From positions 1 to 49,879 of the forward strand of contig CAZXVL010000002.1 of the NCBI GenBank assembly GCA_964644425.1: a stretch of DNA of 49,879 bases, written 5' to 3'. The notes beneath the pieces are model-generated. The model saw only the letters and a program-made list of their open reading frames with translations, was not told where the DNA came from and ran no database searches. Position numbers and translations under genes: made by a program. Below are positions 37,546 through 49,150 of the stretch, in pieces; positions within the stretch are counted from its first letter, which is position 1; every line of letters starts with the position of its first letter. Origin of the DNA: an uncultured Candidatus Planktophila sp. (lineage in GTDB: Bacteria; Actinomycetota; Actinomycetes; Nanopelagicales; Nanopelagicaceae).

Positions 37546-39260
37546 AACGCGTATTGATAGCAAATAGAGGTGAGATCGCGCTTCGAGTAATTCGCGCCTG
37601 CAAAGATCATGGTCTTGAATCCGTTGCCATCTACTCCGAAGAAGATCGCGATAGCCTGCATGCAAAGAGTGCAGATTTCTCATACTCACTCGATGGAACT
37701 GTTGCCAAAGATACATATCTCAATATTCCAAAGATTATCGCTCTGGCAAAACGCTCAGAAGCAGATGCAATCCACCCCGGCTATGGCTTTCTCTCTGAAA
37801 ATGCTGACTTTGCACAGGCAGTAATCGATGCAGGGTTGATTTGGATCGGCCCATCGCCTGCTGCAATTAGCGCACTGGGAGATAAGGTTTCGGCGCGACG
37901 AATCGCAGCAGCTGCTGGTGCGCCACTGGTTGCAGGAACAAAGGATCCAGTGGAGACAGCAGAGGAAGTCATCGCTTTCGCAAAAGAGCATGGCTTGCCT
38001 GTAGCAATCAAAGCCGCCTTCGGTGGCGGTGGGCGCGGCCTTAAGGTTGCCCGCACATTGGAGGAGATTCCAGAGCTCTACGCATCTGCAGTGCGTGAAG
38101 CTATTGCAGGTTTTGGTCGCGGCGAATGTTTTGTTGAGCGCTATCTGGACAAGCCGCGCCATGTTGAGACTCAAGTATTAGCAGATAAGTTTGGCAATGC
38201 AGTAGTTGTCTCCACTCGAGATTGCTCTCTTCAACGTCGCCATCAGAAATTGGTAGAAGAGGCACCGGCACCATTTCTCACAGATGAGCAGAATGATCAG
38301 CTCTATCGCTCTTCTAAGGCGATTATGCGAGAGGCAGGATATGTTGGAGCCGGAACATGTGAGTTCCTTGTTGGCATCGATGGCACCATCTCATTTCTGG
38401 AGGTAAATACCCGACTACAGGTAGAACATCCAGTGTCGGAGGAAGTTACTGGAATTGATTTAGTGCGAGAGCAGTTCAAGATCGCAATGGGTGAAGCTCT
38501 TGGCTTTGATGATCCACAGATTCGAGGTCACTCGATAGAGTTTCGAATCAATGGCGAAGATCCAGGTCGCTCCTTCTTGCCAGCTCCAGGTCGAATTACA
38601 GAGTGGCAGATCCCAACAGGACCAGGCGTCCGAGTTGATGCTGGTTTTCGCAAGGGAGATGTCATCGGCGGAAACTTTGACTCACTGCTTGCTAAGTTAA
38701 TCGTTACCGGTGCAACTCGAGAAGAAGCTATACAGCGTTCTCGTCGCGCACTTGCAGAGTTTGAAGTCCAAGGCCTTGCTACTGCAATTCCTTTTCACCG
38801 AGCGATTCTTGAAGATGCGAACTACACAGAATCCTTTAAGGTCTACACCAGCTATATCGAAAATGAATTCATCAATGAAATCCCCGCCTTCGATGGCGGA
38901 GCCCCTGAGGTCCAGAGCAAGGCTGCAGCAGAGAAGTTAGTAGCTGAGGTCAACGGTAAACGCTTTGAAATCCTTGTTCACACCCCAGAACCCGTTGTGA
39001 AGCGCCACCGAGCTAAGCAGGCATCAGGTGGTGGCGCCACGGGAGATGGCCTACCAAGCCCTATGCAGGGCACTGTGGTCAAGATTGCGGTGGCCGAGGG
39101 TCAATCTGTTGAAGCAGGTGATCTCATCATCGTTCTCGAGGCGATGAAAATGGAGCAGCCCCTTAACGCCCATAAGAGCGGTGTGATTAAAAACCTTAAG
39201 GTAGTTGTCGGCGAGACGGTTTCTAGTGGCACCGTTCTCTGTGACATTATTCAGGCATGA
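37542..39260 (+). CDS. bccA: Acyl-CoA carboxylase alpha subunit (biotin carboxylase plus BCCP)
   Basis: [47 protein letters not shown] biotin site; AAGGAG SD, ATG 37542. Confidence 0.94.
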   Translation: MKRVLIANRGEIALRVIRACKDHGLESVAIYSEEDRDSLHAKSADFSYSLDGTVAKDTYLNIPKIIALAKRSEADAIHPGYGFLSENADFAQAVIDAGLIWIGPSPAAISALGDKVSARRIAAAAGAPLVAGTKDPVETAEEVIAFAKEHGLPVAIKAAFGGGGRGLKVARTLEEIPELYASAVREAIAGFGRGECFVERYLDKPRHVETQVLADKFGNAVVVSTRDCSLQRRHQKLVEEAPAPFLTDEQNDQLYRSSKAIMREAGYVGAGTCEFLVGIDGTISFLEVNTRLQVEHPVSEEVTGIDLVREQFKIAMGEALGFDDPQIRGHSIEFRINGEDPGRSFLPAPGRITEWQIPTGPGVRVDAGFRKGDVIGGNFDSLLAKLIVTGATREEAIQRSRRALAEFEVQGLATAIPFHRAILEDANYTESFKVYTSYIENEFINEIPAFDGGAPEVQSKAAAEKLVAEVNGKRFEILVHTPEPVVKRHRAKQASGGGATGDGLPSPMQGTVVKIAVAEGQSVEAGDLIIVLEAMKMEQPLNAHKSGVIKNLKVVVGETVSSGTVLCDIIQA

Positions 39261-40087
39261 CCTCAACAGAACTTCTCTATACAGATCCATTAGCCGCGGC
39301 AGCTCAAGCAGCATCAGAAATTGCTGCACGAACAGGGGTCCCATCACATGATGTCGCACTCGTTCTTGGCTCTGGCTGGGTCACAGCAGTTGATGCCCTT
39401 GGAACACCTGCCTACGAATGCGACTCTCACGAGCTCACAGGATTTGCAGCACCTGCCGTAGAGGGGCACTCAGGAAAAGTTCGCTCTTATGCACTTGAGG
39501 CAAATGGAAAGACAATTCGAGTACTTGTCTTTCTCGGTCGCACACACCTCTATGAGGGTAAAGGTATGGAACCTGTTGTTCACGGAGCTCGCACTGCTGT
39601 AAAGGCTGGCTGCAATATTGTCATTCTCACTAATGCATGCGGCGGAATTAATGCCGGGTATAAAGTTGGCGAGCCAGTTCTCATCCGCGATCACATTTCT
39701 TTAACTGCCGCATCACCACTTTCAGGTGCAACATTTGTTGATCTCACAGATCTCTATAGCAAGCGCATCCGCGAAATCATGAAGTCAGTAGATTCATCCC
39801 TTCAAGAAGGTGTCTATGTGCATTGGCGCGGACCTACATATGAGACTCCTGCAGAAATTTTGATGATGCGCACGATGGGTGCAGATCTTGTTGGAATGTC
39901 TACAGTGCCAGAAGCAATCGCAGCGCATGCACTTGGCGCTGAAGTTCTCGGCATCTCTCTTGTCTCTAATGCTGCAGCTGGAATGACCGGCGAGAAGCTC
40001 AACCATGAAGAGGTCATCGCCGCAGGTAAGGCTGCTGCAAGCCGTATGGGTGAGCTGCTCAAGACAACGATTCCTAAGCTCGTTTAA
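39257..40087 (+). CDS. punA: Purine-nucleoside phosphorylase (trimeric type)
   Basis: [44 protein letters not shown]. Confidence 0.94.
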   Translation: MTSTELLYTDPLAAAAQAASEIAARTGVPSHDVALVLGSGWVTAVDALGTPAYECDSHELTGFAAPAVEGHSGKVRSYALEANGKTIRVLVFLGRTHLYEGKGMEPVVHGARTAVKAGCNIVILTNACGGINAGYKVGEPVLIRDHISLTAASPLSGATFVDLTDLYSKRIREIMKSVDSSLQEGVYVHWRGPTYETPAEILMMRTMGADLVGMSTVPEAIAAHALGAEVLGISLVSNAAAGMTGEKLNHEEVIAAGKAAASRMGELLKTTIPKLV

Positions 40088-40115
40088 CTCATCCCATAGG
40101 AGTAATCTCCCTTCT

Positions 40116-41732
40116 ATGAGCGCATCACTTCTCGAAGAGGTCAAGGCATGGATCGCAGATGATCCAGATCCTGTAACCGCTGCTTATCTTCAAAAACTCG
40201 TGGATGCCGGCGATATCCCAGCCCTTACCCCGCTCTTTAACGGCTTCTTGCAATTTGGAACTGCTGGGCTTCGTGGACCTATTGGTGCGGGGCCATCATG
40301 TATGAACCGGGCTGTGGTCGGGCGCACCGCAGCAGGAATCGCTCAATACATGAAAGCGCGAGGAATGACCAAGGTCGTCATTGGTCGAGATGCCAGGTAT
40401 GGCTCTGAGGATTACACCCAGGAGAGTGCAGAGATTCTTAGTGGTGCAGGCATGGATGTCTACATCTTGCCACGCCCACTACCAACTCCTGTCTTAGCTT
40501 TTGCTACAGCACATTTGCGCTGTGATATCGGAATCATGGTCACTGCAAGTCATAATCCTCCGCAAGATAATGGCTACAAGGTCTACGTTGGACCTACCGC
40601 AGATGGAATTGATTACGCTTGCTCACAGATCATCTCCCCCACTGATGGATTTATCGCTGCAAATATCGCAGCAATTACTTCACTGAAGTCACAGCCTCGT
40701 GGATCTCAATGGACTGTGCTGGGTGAAGAGGTCGTGACTGAATACATCAATCGCACAATCAAACTTGCTCCACGTCCTGGAGATCTCAAGGTCGTTTATA
40801 CCGCTATGCACGGTGTTGGCACAGAGACGCTACAGCGAGTCTTTAATCATGCAGGATTTGCAACTCTCATTCTCGTCGATGAGCAGTGCACTCCGGATCC
40901 AGATTTTCCAACCGTGGCTTTTCCTAATCCAGAAGAGCCTGGTGCCATAGATCTCGCTCTTGCAAAAGCCCGGGACTTTGGTGCAGAGCTAGTGATTGCA
41001 AATGATCCTGATGCGGATCGATGCGCGGCGGCAATTAATGATCCACGAGTGGGATGGCGAATGCTTCGAGGTGATGAGCTTGGAATCATCTTCGGTGAAT
41101 GGATTGCGCGCACTCAACCCAAGGGAACATTTGGAAATTCGATTGTCTCTTCATCTGCTCTCTCAAAGATAGCAGCGCACTACAACGTTGATTTTCAGGA
41201 AGTTCTTACAGGCTTTAAATGGCTTGCAAAGATTGAGAACCTCGCTTTTGGGTATGAAGAGGCGATTGGTTATGCAGTTGATTCAGAGACAGTCAACGAT
41301 AAAGATGGCATCTCAGCGGCACTCTTTCTCGCACAGATTGCTACGGATCTCAAGCGCGATGGCTTGACTCTCTCTGACCTCCTCGATGATGTCTGGGCAC
41401 GACATGGCTTTCATGGCACAGAGCAGATCTCAATTCGCGTGGCGGACATGACTTTCATTACTCGACTTTTGGCCGGGCTTCGCCAGAATCCACCTGCGCA
41501 GATTGCAGGCCGCTTGGTTGAGGGCATTGATGATTTAGCGGCTCCCACAGATGGTCTGCCACCCACAGATGGATTGCGAATCTGGCTCTCCGGTGGAATC
41601 CGAATCATCGTTCGCCCAAGCGGTACGGAGGCGAAGATGAAATGTTACATAGAGGTCATTACAGCCGACGCTGCAGAGTCAGAGTCGCTACTCAATGAAT
41701 TACGCGAGCCTCTACGAGCCCTGCTCTCCTAA
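40116..41732 (+). CDS. Phosphosugar mutase (alpha-D-phosphohexomutase family), possibly a phosphopentomutase
   Basis: LQFGTAGLRG, TASHNP, NDPDADR, YEEAIG, DKDG, RPSGTE. Start moved to ATG 40116, 7 nt after TAATCT. Confidence 0.9.
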   Translation: MSASLLEEVKAWIADDPDPVTAAYLQKLVDAGDIPALTPLFNGFLQFGTAGLRGPIGAGPSCMNRAVVGRTAAGIAQYMKARGMTKVVIGRDARYGSEDYTQESAEILSGAGMDVYILPRPLPTPVLAFATAHLRCDIGIMVTASHNPPQDNGYKVYVGPTADGIDYACSQIISPTDGFIAANIAAITSLKSQPRGSQWTVLGEEVVTEYINRTIKLAPRPGDLKVVYTAMHGVGTETLQRVFNHAGFATLILVDEQCTPDPDFPTVAFPNPEEPGAIDLALAKARDFGAELVIANDPDADRCAAAINDPRVGWRMLRGDELGIIFGEWIARTQPKGTFGNSIVSSSALSKIAAHYNVDFQEVLTGFKWLAKIENLAFGYEEAIGYAVDSETVNDKDGISAALFLAQIATDLKRDGLTLSDLLDDVWARHGFHGTEQISIRVADMTFITRLLAGLRQNPPAQIAGRLVEGIDDLAAPTDGLPPTDGLRIWLSGGIRIIVRPSGTEAKMKCYIEVITADAAESESLLNELREPLRALLS

Positions 41733-41733
41733 T

Positions 41734-42420
41734 TTACTCGCCGAAGCGCTCTTTAAACTCATCAAGCATCGCAGCAGCAGCTGATGCTCCGCTGCGCTTT
41801 ACACCAGCATCCATAAAGGCGAGCAACATATCGAGGTTCTTGACCCCTCCAGCGCTCTTGACTTCAATCTTGTCAGAGACAGATGCGCGCATCAATACAA
41901 CATCTTCGAGAATGGCACCTGTTGGCGCAAAACCTGTAGATGTCTTCACATAATCGGCACCTGATGCCTCTACTAATTGGCAAGCTTTCACAATCTCTTC
42001 TTTAGTCAGGTAAGCATTCTCTAGGATGACTTTCACCTGATGCCCACCTGCTGCTTGAACTACTGCTGCAAGTTCATCGCGAACCTCATCATAGGCGCCA
42101 GATTTCATGAGACCGATATTGATCACAACATCAATCTCAGTGGCACCATCTGCAACTACCTGCTTAGTTTCAAATACTTTGACTGATGTTGCTGAGTTTC
42201 CATGAGGAAATCCGACAACGGTTCCAACATGAACATCACTACCTTTAAGAATTTCGGCACAGAATGCAACATCGGCTGGCTTGCAACAGACTGAAGCAAC
42301 GTCGTATTTGAGCGCTACGAGGCAACCTTCTCGTACTTCATCTCGACTCATTTCAGGGCGCAAAAGAGCATAATCAATAGTCTTTGCAACTTGCTTGAGT
42401 GTGTACTTACTTGTTGCCAT
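41734..42420 (-). CDS. deoC: Deoxyribose-phosphate aldolase
   Basis: VVGFPHG, EIDVVIN, KVILEN, YVKTSTGF, KSAGGV. Confidence 0.95.
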   Translation of the reverse strand: MATSKYTLKQVAKTIDYALLRPEMSRDEVREGCLVALKYDVASVCCKPADVAFCAEILKGSDVHVGTVVGFPHGNSATSVKVFETKQVVADGATEIDVVINIGLMKSGAYDEVRDELAAVVQAAGGHQVKVILENAYLTKEEIVKACQLVEASGADYVKTSTGFAPTGAILEDVVLMRASVSDKIEVKSAGGVKNLDMLLAFMDAGVKRSGASAAAAMLDEFKERFGE

Positions 42421-42432
42421 TAGTGATGCTCC

Positions 42433-43539
42433 TTATTCGCTTGCAATAGATGCGTAGGCAGGCTTTACGATCTCTTCAATGATCGCAAGGCGCTCTTCAA
42501 AGGGTATAAATGCGCTCTTGAGTGCATTGATTGTGACTCGCTGAAGATCTTGAAAGTTCCAATCACATGAAGCAACCAATTGATTCATCTCATGGCTCAT
42601 GGATGTTGCAGACATCAAGCGGTTATCAGTATTGAGTGTGATTCTAAAGCGCAACTTTGCAAGCTTAGCGATCGGGTGATCTGCAAATGAACTGGCCACA
42701 CCAGTCTGAATATTTGACGATGGACACATCTCAAGGGGAATTCGACGATCACGGACATAGGAGGCTAAACGACCTAAACGTGCTGGGGTGTGGTTGAAAT
42801 CCACATCATCTGCGATACGCACCCCATGGCCTAAACGCTCGGCGCCGCAGATCTGAATTGCCTCCCAGATAGAAGGAAGTCCATATGCCTCACCAGCGTG
42901 GATAGTGAAGTGGGCATTTTCGCGGCGAAGATACTCGAAGGTTTCAAGTTGATCACTTGGCGGAAAGCCATCTTCAGGGCCTGCAATATCGAATCCCACA
43001 ACGCCCTTATCTCGGTACTTCACAGCAAGCTCTGCAACTTGCTGCGAGAGATCATTTTGGCGCATTCCGCAGAGAAGCGAGAAGATGCGAATCGAATTGC
43101 CCTCATCCTTAGCTGCCTTTTCGCCCTCGCGGAAACCCTCGAGAATAGCTTCGACAGCTGTTGTGAGAGTGAGCTCACCCGTAGTCAACAGCTCTGGCGC
43201 CATACGGACTTCAGCATAAACAACTCCATCACGAGCAAGATCAATCGCACACTCTCGTGCTACGCGAATGACATCTTGGCGACGTTGCATTACAGCTACT
43301 GTGTGAGCAAAAGTTTCTAGGTAGAGAACAAGGGAACCTGAATCACATGAGGTGCGGAACCATTCTGCGAGCTCTGTTGCATCATATGTCGGTAGTTCGT
43401 GGCCAATCTCTTGTGCAATATCGATAATTGTCTGAGGGCGCAGACCCCCATCAAGATGATCATGCAAGAGTGCTTTAGGAAGTCGCTTCACCTGTTCTGG
43501 TGTCGGTGACTTCAAGAGATCTGGGTTTGCAACTCTCAT
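42433..43539 (-). CDS. add: Adenosine deaminase
   Basis: LHDHLDGG, GFDIAG, TIHAGE, RLGHG, EMCPSSN, NTDNRLMS. Confidence 0.95.
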   Translation of the reverse strand: MRVANPDLLKSPTPEQVKRLPKALLHDHLDGGLRPQTIIDIAQEIGHELPTYDATELAEWFRTSCDSGSLVLYLETFAHTVAVMQRRQDVIRVARECAIDLARDGVVYAEVRMAPELLTTGELTLTTAVEAILEGFREGEKAAKDEGNSIRIFSLLCGMRQNDLSQQVAELAVKYRDKGVVGFDIAGPEDGFPPSDQLETFEYLRRENAHFTIHAGEAYGLPSIWEAIQICGAERLGHGVRIADDVDFNHTPARLGRLASYVRDRRIPLEMCPSSNIQTGVASSFADHPIAKLAKLRFRITLNTDNRLMSATSMSHEMNQLVASCDWNFQDLQRVTINALKSAFIPFEERLAIIEEIVKPAYASIASE

Positions 43540-44825
43540 CCTTCAATCCGTTCTAGTACAAGTGGGAGTCGATTGACTGTGCCGTTTTCAACAATTGCAA
43601 CTGCTCCATCAAGGATATCGAGTGCGCGCTCAAAGCGGGCCGCTTCATCGGTATGAAGAGTAAAGAGCGGCGCTCCTGCCTCAATGTAATCACCTGGCTT
43701 TGCATGCATCTCAATACCAGCCCCAGCTTGAACCTTCTCGCCCTGCTTTGAACGGCCAGCACCGAGGCGCCAGGCTGAAACTCCAACCTTCATCGCATCC
43801 ATAGTGGTGATGATTCCACTGTTAGCCGCTTTAACAATATGAGTTTCGCGTGCAACTGGAAGCGCTGCATCAGGATCTCCTCCCTGTGCTGCAACCATGC
43901 GGCGCCAATGATCCATGGCACTTCCATCTTTAAGGGCATCTGCTGGATCTTTTCCGATAATCCCGGCAGCATCGATCATCTCGCGCGCAAGGAGAATCGT
44001 GAGCTCAACGACATCAGATGGTCCACCACCTGCAAGAACTTCTACAGATTCCCGGACTTCCAAAGCATTTCCTGCAGTCAATCCCAATGGGACATCCATC
44101 GCTGTGACAAGGGCACGCATCTTGACCCCTGCATCTACGCCGAGTTGGACCATCGTGCGGGCAAGTTCTGATGCCTTTGCAGGATCTGACATAAAAGCAC
44201 CAGAGCCTGTCTTCACATCGAGCACGAGAGCCGATGTTCCTTCAGCAATCTTCTTACTCATAATTGAGGATGCAATCAGAGGAATAGCCTCAACAGTAGC
44301 TGTGACATCACGGAGTGCATAGAGCTTCTTATCTGCAGGTGCTAGGCCAGCACCTGCAGCGCAAATTACTGCGCCAGTATCTTTAAGAACCTGCAACATC
44401 TCTTCATTGGAAAGCGATGCGCGCCAACCAGGAATGGACTCCATCTTGTCGAGGGTGCCACCTGTATGTCCAAGTCCACGACCTGAGAGCTGTGGAACTG
44501 CGCCACCGCATGCTGCAACTAATGGCGCTAATGGAAGAGTGATCTTGTCTCCAACGCCGCCTGTTGAGTGCTTATCAGCTGTCTTGCGATCAAGTGCCGA
44601 CCAATCCATACGTTCGCCAGTATTGATCATCGCATTGGTCCATCGTGAAATCTCGCGAGAGTTCATACCGTTAAGAAGTATTGCCATAGCCAAAGCTGAC
44701 ATCTGCTCATCGGCTACCGCCCCACGAGTGTAGGCATCGATAACCCAATCAATCTGAGCATCTGATAGCTCATGACGATCACGCTTTGCTGCAATTACCT
44801 CTACCGCTGCGAAAGGTTCGATCAT
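43536..44825 (-). CDS. deoA: Thymidine/pyrimidine-nucleoside phosphorylase
   Basis: DKHSTGGVGDK, SGRGLGHTGGTLDK, LYALRDVT, SIMSKK, LGAGR. Confidence 0.95.
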   Translation of the reverse strand: MIEPFAAVEVIAAKRDRHELSDAQIDWVIDAYTRGAVADEQMSALAMAILLNGMNSREISRWTNAMINTGERMDWSALDRKTADKHSTGGVGDKITLPLAPLVAACGGAVPQLSGRGLGHTGGTLDKMESIPGWRASLSNEEMLQVLKDTGAVICAAGAGLAPADKKLYALRDVTATVEAIPLIASSIMSKKIAEGTSALVLDVKTGSGAFMSDPAKASELARTMVQLGVDAGVKMRALVTAMDVPLGLTAGNALEVRESVEVLAGGGPSDVVELTILLAREMIDAAGIIGKDPADALKDGSAMDHWRRMVAAQGGDPDAALPVARETHIVKAANSGIITTMDAMKVGVSAWRLGAGRSKQGEKVQAGAGIEMHAKPGDYIEAGAPLFTLHTDEAARFERALDILDGAVAIVENGTVNRLPLVLERIEG

Positions 44826-45220
44826 TTCAACCTTGTCTCTATCTCCTGCGGCCCAAATGCCCAGGGAAGTAAATCGTTAAGAGTCTTCACGCCTTCATCT
44901 GTCATCAGTTGCAACGTAGATCCGCCGTGCTCTTGGAGAAGTTGGCGACAACGACCACATGGCATTAAAGGGTTGCCTGCGATATCAACACATGCGAAGG
45001 CGACTAAACGTCCACCACCTGTTGCAGCAAGAGATGAGACGAGACCGCATTCGGCACAGAGAGTGAGGCCGTAGCTTGCATTCTCCACATTGCACCCTGT
45101 GACAATACGTCCATCATCGACAAGGGCGGCAACTCCGACTGGAAACTTTGAATATGGCACATATGCCTTCTTCATCGCTTCCAGCGCTTCATTGCGCAAG
45201 AGCTGCCAATCAATCTGCAT
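44822..45220 (-). CDS. cdd: Cytidine deaminase (tetrameric type)
   Basis: AYVPYSKFPVG, GCNVENASYG, CAE, PCGRCRQ, LLPWAF. Confidence 0.96.
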   Translation of the reverse strand: MQIDWQLLRNEALEAMKKAYVPYSKFPVGVAALVDDGRIVTGCNVENASYGLTLCAECGLVSSLAATGGGRLVAFACVDIAGNPLMPCGRCRQLLQEHGGSTLQLMTDEGVKTLNDLLPWAFGPQEIETRLK

Positions 45221-46497
45221 TAGTGAGAACCGCCTCCACGTTTATAGGCAACACCATCTGCCGCCGGGGCTCTCACCTTGCCAACAAATCCTGATACAGC
45301 GATGATCGTTGCGATATATGGCGCCATCAACATGAACTCAGAAGGAATTGGGGTTCCTGTGATTGTAAGAACGCCTTGGATTTGATCTGCGAAACCGAAG
45401 ATTAACGCCGCTGCTACCGCACCGAGTGGGCTCCAGCGACCGAAGATAAGAGCGGCCAGAGCGATAAAGCCCTTACCAGCTGTCATCTCTTTGCTAAACA
45501 TACCGATTTGGCCAAGTGTGAAGAATGCACCGCCAAGACCAGCAACTGCTCCTGCAAGAATGACATTCTTAAAGCGAATGGAGTTAACGCTGATTCCGAC
45601 AGACTCAGCGGCGGTTGGGTTCTCGCCTACTGCGCGAGTACGCAGCCCCCACTTGCTCTGGAAGAGAGCAATGTGAATGATCGCAACAACAAGATACATC
45701 GCATAGACGATGATGCTCTGATTAAAGAAGATTGGACCAATAACCGGAATCTTTGCCAGCAGAGGAATCTCGATTGGAGCAAAAGCTGTCGCTGAGTTCC
45801 ACTCATCCTGATAAGGAATCAGCAACTTCTTATACAGGAAGTTGGTCAGACCGATTACGAGGACGTTGAGCACAAAGCCAAGAACAACTTGATCGATGCC
45901 ATATTTAATGGCAAAGATTGCAAGAAGTAGTGAGATGAGAGCACCAGCAATAGGGGCAACAGCTAATCCGAGCCAGTTATTACCAAGTAGGGATGCGATG
46001 ACACCGGAAGCAAATGCTCCAGCGAGAAGCTGGCCCTCAATTGCAATATTGATGACACCAGATCGCTCAGAGATAACACCAGCCATTGCACCAAAGATCA
46101 GTGGGACAGAGAGGATGAGTGCGCCTTGGAGCAGTCCTGTAAAGGGAATGAATTTTCCTGCAGCAGCCCAGCAGAGGAATGACATCAAGAAGGATGCACC
46201 GAAAAGGGCGCTAGCCAAGCGAATTGTCTTCTTATATGAGAACTGCACAGCAGCTAGAGCTACAGATGCGAGTGATATCAGAGCAAAGAGAAGTGATCCG
46301 GCCTTCGAGTCAACAATCCACTCCTTAAAGAGAACCCATTCATTGCCAAAGACAAAACCATAAGTGACTGGTTGGCCTTCCTTTGGAAGGATTGCAAATA
46401 CGTAGAGTGCGAAGAGGCCTAGGAGTGCCATCGTTGCAATTCCGCGACGGCGACGGCGCTCAGGTGCTGAAAGGGTGCGAGTTTCTAACAATCTCAT
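45220..46497 (-). CDS. Nucleoside ABC transporter permease 2
   Basis: SERSGVINIAIEG, GLRTRAVGENP, GKGFIALAALIFGRW, PYIATI. Start ATG 46497 (TAATG overlap). Confidence 0.9.
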   Translation of the reverse strand: MRLLETRTLSAPERRRRRGIATMALLGLFALYVFAILPKEGQPVTYGFVFGNEWVLFKEWIVDSKAGSLLFALISLASVALAAVQFSYKKTIRLASALFGASFLMSFLCWAAAGKFIPFTGLLQGALILSVPLIFGAMAGVISERSGVINIAIEGQLLAGAFASGVIASLLGNNWLGLAVAPIAGALISLLLAIFAIKYGIDQVVLGFVLNVLVIGLTNFLYKKLLIPYQDEWNSATAFAPIEIPLLAKIPVIGPIFFNQSIIVYAMYLVVAIIHIALFQSKWGLRTRAVGENPTAAESVGISVNSIRFKNVILAGAVAGLGGAFFTLGQIGMFSKEMTAGKGFIALAALIFGRWSPLGAVAAALIFGFADQIQGVLTITGTPIPSEFMLMAPYIATIIAVSGFVGKVRAPAADGVAYKRGGGSH

Positions 46498-47651
46498 TAG
46501 CCGTTCCATCCCTTCGAAGCGACCGCTTGGCCTTCGTCAACGCTCTTCAATCTAAAGATTGCCTTAATCAGGGCTGGAGCTGCAATAAAGAGAACGATCA
46601 GCGCTTGAATAACAAGTACGAGATCAAGCGGTGTATCGGTACTCGCCTGCATAGTCAGACCTCCAGCACGAAGTGCACCGAAGAGAAGTGCGGCAAAGAC
46701 AGTACCTATTGGAGTTGCTCGCCCAAGAAGTGCAACTGTGATTGCGTCGAAGCCGAATGTTCCACCAACGCCAGCAGTCATTGCAGGCTCTGATCCTAAA
46801 ATCTGAACTGCGCCAGCGAGGCCGGCGAGTGCTCCTGCAATAAACATAACCGTTGTTGTGGTTCGTCCCACTGAGATGCCCGCTGTCTTTGATGCGGCTG
46901 CGTTTGCACCGACAGCGCGGAATCTAAAGCCCCACGTGCTTCGCTGTAGCAACCACCAGATTAGCCCTGCAACGACAAGTGCAATGATAAATCCAAGATT
47001 TGCGCGAAGCTCTGAACCGAAGAGATGGGGCAGACGAGCGCTCTCATTAACCTCTGGAGCCAATGGATCTTGGCGACCTGGTCGCAGGAAAGCCTCTGTG
47101 CTAAGAATCCAGAGCAAGAAGTAGCTAGCCACATAGTTGAGCATGATCGTGACAATCACTTCATGCGCACCAGTCTTGGCCTTAAGCAAACCTACAAAAC
47201 CTCCATAGAGACCCGCGCAGAGCATTGCTGCTGCGATAGCTGCGATGCTGTGAATGACGACCGGCATTTCAAATTTGAATCCAACATAGCTTGCACCAAT
47301 GGCACCTGCGATGAACTGTCCTTGGGCACCAATATTGAAAAGGCCTGCGCGAAAAGCGAGAGCGACAGAGAGGCCGGTGAGAATCAGAGGTGAGGCTGCA
47401 ACAAGTGTCTCTGAGAGTGGGTAGAAACCTTGCAAGAAACCTGGATCTGCAAGATTGGGATCATAGATTGAACCTCTAAAGAGAGCCCAATATGCACCAC
47501 CAGCTGTTGCTAACGCTTTGGACAACATCGACAGCGGCTTCGACTTGAGCTCGAGAACTGCAGGATCTGAGAATGCAACGAGAAGGCCGCTGACAAACAG
47601 GGCCATCGCGAAGGCTAGAAGAGGGAGGATGAGCTTTCTTAGGAACTTCAT
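46497..47651 (-). CDS. Nucleoside ABC transporter permease 1
   Basis: AFRAGLFNIGAQGQ, HEVIVTIMLN, GFRFRAVGAN, GFDAITVALLGR. Confidence 0.9.
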   Translation of the reverse strand: MKFLRKLILPLLAFAMALFVSGLLVAFSDPAVLELKSKPLSMLSKALATAGGAYWALFRGSIYDPNLADPGFLQGFYPLSETLVAASPLILTGLSVALAFRAGLFNIGAQGQFIAGAIGASYVGFKFEMPVVIHSIAAIAAAMLCAGLYGGFVGLLKAKTGAHEVIVTIMLNYVASYFLLWILSTEAFLRPGRQDPLAPEVNESARLPHLFGSELRANLGFIIALVVAGLIWWLLQRSTWGFRFRAVGANAAASKTAGISVGRTTTTVMFIAGALAGLAGAVQILGSEPAMTAGVGGTFGFDAITVALLGRATPIGTVFAALLFGALRAGGLTMQASTDTPLDLVLVIQALIVLFIAAPALIKAIFRLKSVDEGQAVASKGWNG

Positions 47652-49150
47652 TATCGCTTTACTCCTGCCATCAATAGACCAAGATCTTCACGAGAGGTAT
47701 CTGCTGGAACGATTGCGATGATCTCACCTCGATACATCACTGCGATGCGATCTGCAAGTGCAACTACTTCATCGAGTTCTGTGCTGAAGAGAAGAACGGC
47801 GCGACCTGCATCGCGCTCGGCGATGATGCGCTCATGAACAAACTCGATAGAGCCAACATCTAGACCACGAGTGGGCTGTGAAGCGACAACGAGCTTGACT
47901 GGACGCGATAGTTCGCGAGCCAGAACCACCTTCTGCTTATTTCCACCAGAGAGTGATGAAGCGCTGTCCTTTGGAGACTGCGTACGGATATCAAACTCAA
48001 CAACGCGCTTTGCAGCATTTTCAGCAACAACGCTCTGTGAAATAACTGGACCTTTTGCAAATGGCTTGAGGTCATGAAGGTCAAGGATGAGATTCTCTTC
48101 GATGCTAAAGGATGCAATTAGGCCATCTTCTTCGCGAGATTCAGGGACAAATGCAATTCCTGCATGAAGAGCCTGGCGCACTGAAGCCTTAGTGATCTCC
48201 TTGCCATCAAGGAGTATTTTGCCGCTGACATGTTCTTGGAGGCCGATGATGGATTCTGCGAGCTCTGATTGACCATTTCCTTGAACGCCAGCTACGGCAA
48301 GAACTTCGCCTGAGCGGATCTCAAAGGAGACATCCTTCACGAGAGCGCGGCCAGTATGGTCATAGACATTGAGATCACTTACCTCAAGGAGGAGATCGCC
48401 AAGCTTTGGTGCAGCCTTATCAACTTCAAGTGAGACAGGGCGACCAACCATCAGTGATGCCAGCTCTTCTTGGCTTGCAGATGGAGACGCCGTGCCGACA
48501 ACTTTTCCACGACGAATAATCGTAATCTTGTCAGCGGCTTCTCGTACCTCGCGCAGCTTATGGGTAATAAAGACTATTGCTGTTCCTTGATCGCGAAGCT
48601 TCTTCATATTGCGAAGGAGTTCATCCGTCTCTTGAGGCGTCAGAACTGCAGTGGGTTCATCGAGAATCAACACTTTTGCTTCATAAATCAGAGCTCGAAT
48701 GATCTCTACACGTTGCTGGATTCCTACAGGCAGATCTTCAACAAGAGCATCTGGATCAACGTCGAAGTTAAACTCTGCTGATACGCGAGCGATTTCGCGA
48801 CGAGCTGCATCTAAATCTAGAAAGCCTGGCCCTTTCACCTTCTCATGTCCAAGAACAATGTTCTCGGCAACAGTGAAGACGGGAATCAACATAAAGTGCT
48901 GATGGACCATGCCGATACCGGCAGCAAGTGCATCAAGTGGTGAATTAATGGTGATTACTTTTTCATCTACTGAGATGCTTCCTTCATCAGGTGAGAGAAG
49001 CCCGTAGACGATATTCATCAAGGTAGATTTACCAGCACCGTTTTCGCCAAGGATTGCATGGATCTCTCCGGACTCAACTCGGAGGTCGATGGAATCATTT
49101 GCAGTGAGTGCACCAAAGCGCTTTGTGATGCCGCGCAATTCAAGGGACAT
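47651..49150 (-). CDS. Nucleoside/sugar ABC transporter ATPase with two NBDs
   Basis: GENGAGKST, GMVHQHF, ILDEPT, ITHK, LSGGNKQK, QPTRGLD. Start moved to ATG 49150, 7 nt after TAGATT. Confidence 0.93.
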   Translation of the reverse strand: MSLELRGITKRFGALTANDSIDLRVESGEIHAILGENGAGKSTLMNIVYGLLSPDEGSISVDEKVITINSPLDALAAGIGMVHQHFMLIPVFTVAENIVLGHEKVKGPGFLDLDAARREIARVSAEFNFDVDPDALVEDLPVGIQQRVEIIRALIYEAKVLILDEPTAVLTPQETDELLRNMKKLRDQGTAIVFITHKLREVREAADKITIIRRGKVVGTASPSASQEELASLMVGRPVSLEVDKAAPKLGDLLLEVSDLNVYDHTGRALVKDVSFEIRSGEVLAVAGVQGNGQSELAESIIGLQEHVSGKILLDGKEITKASVRQALHAGIAFVPESREEDGLIASFSIEENLILDLHDLKPFAKGPVISQSVVAENAAKRVVEFDIRTQSPKDSASSLSGGNKQKVVLARELSRPVKLVVASQPTRGLDVGSIEFVHERIIAERDAGRAVLLFSTELDEVVALADRIAVMYRGEIIAIVPADTSREDLGLLMAGVKR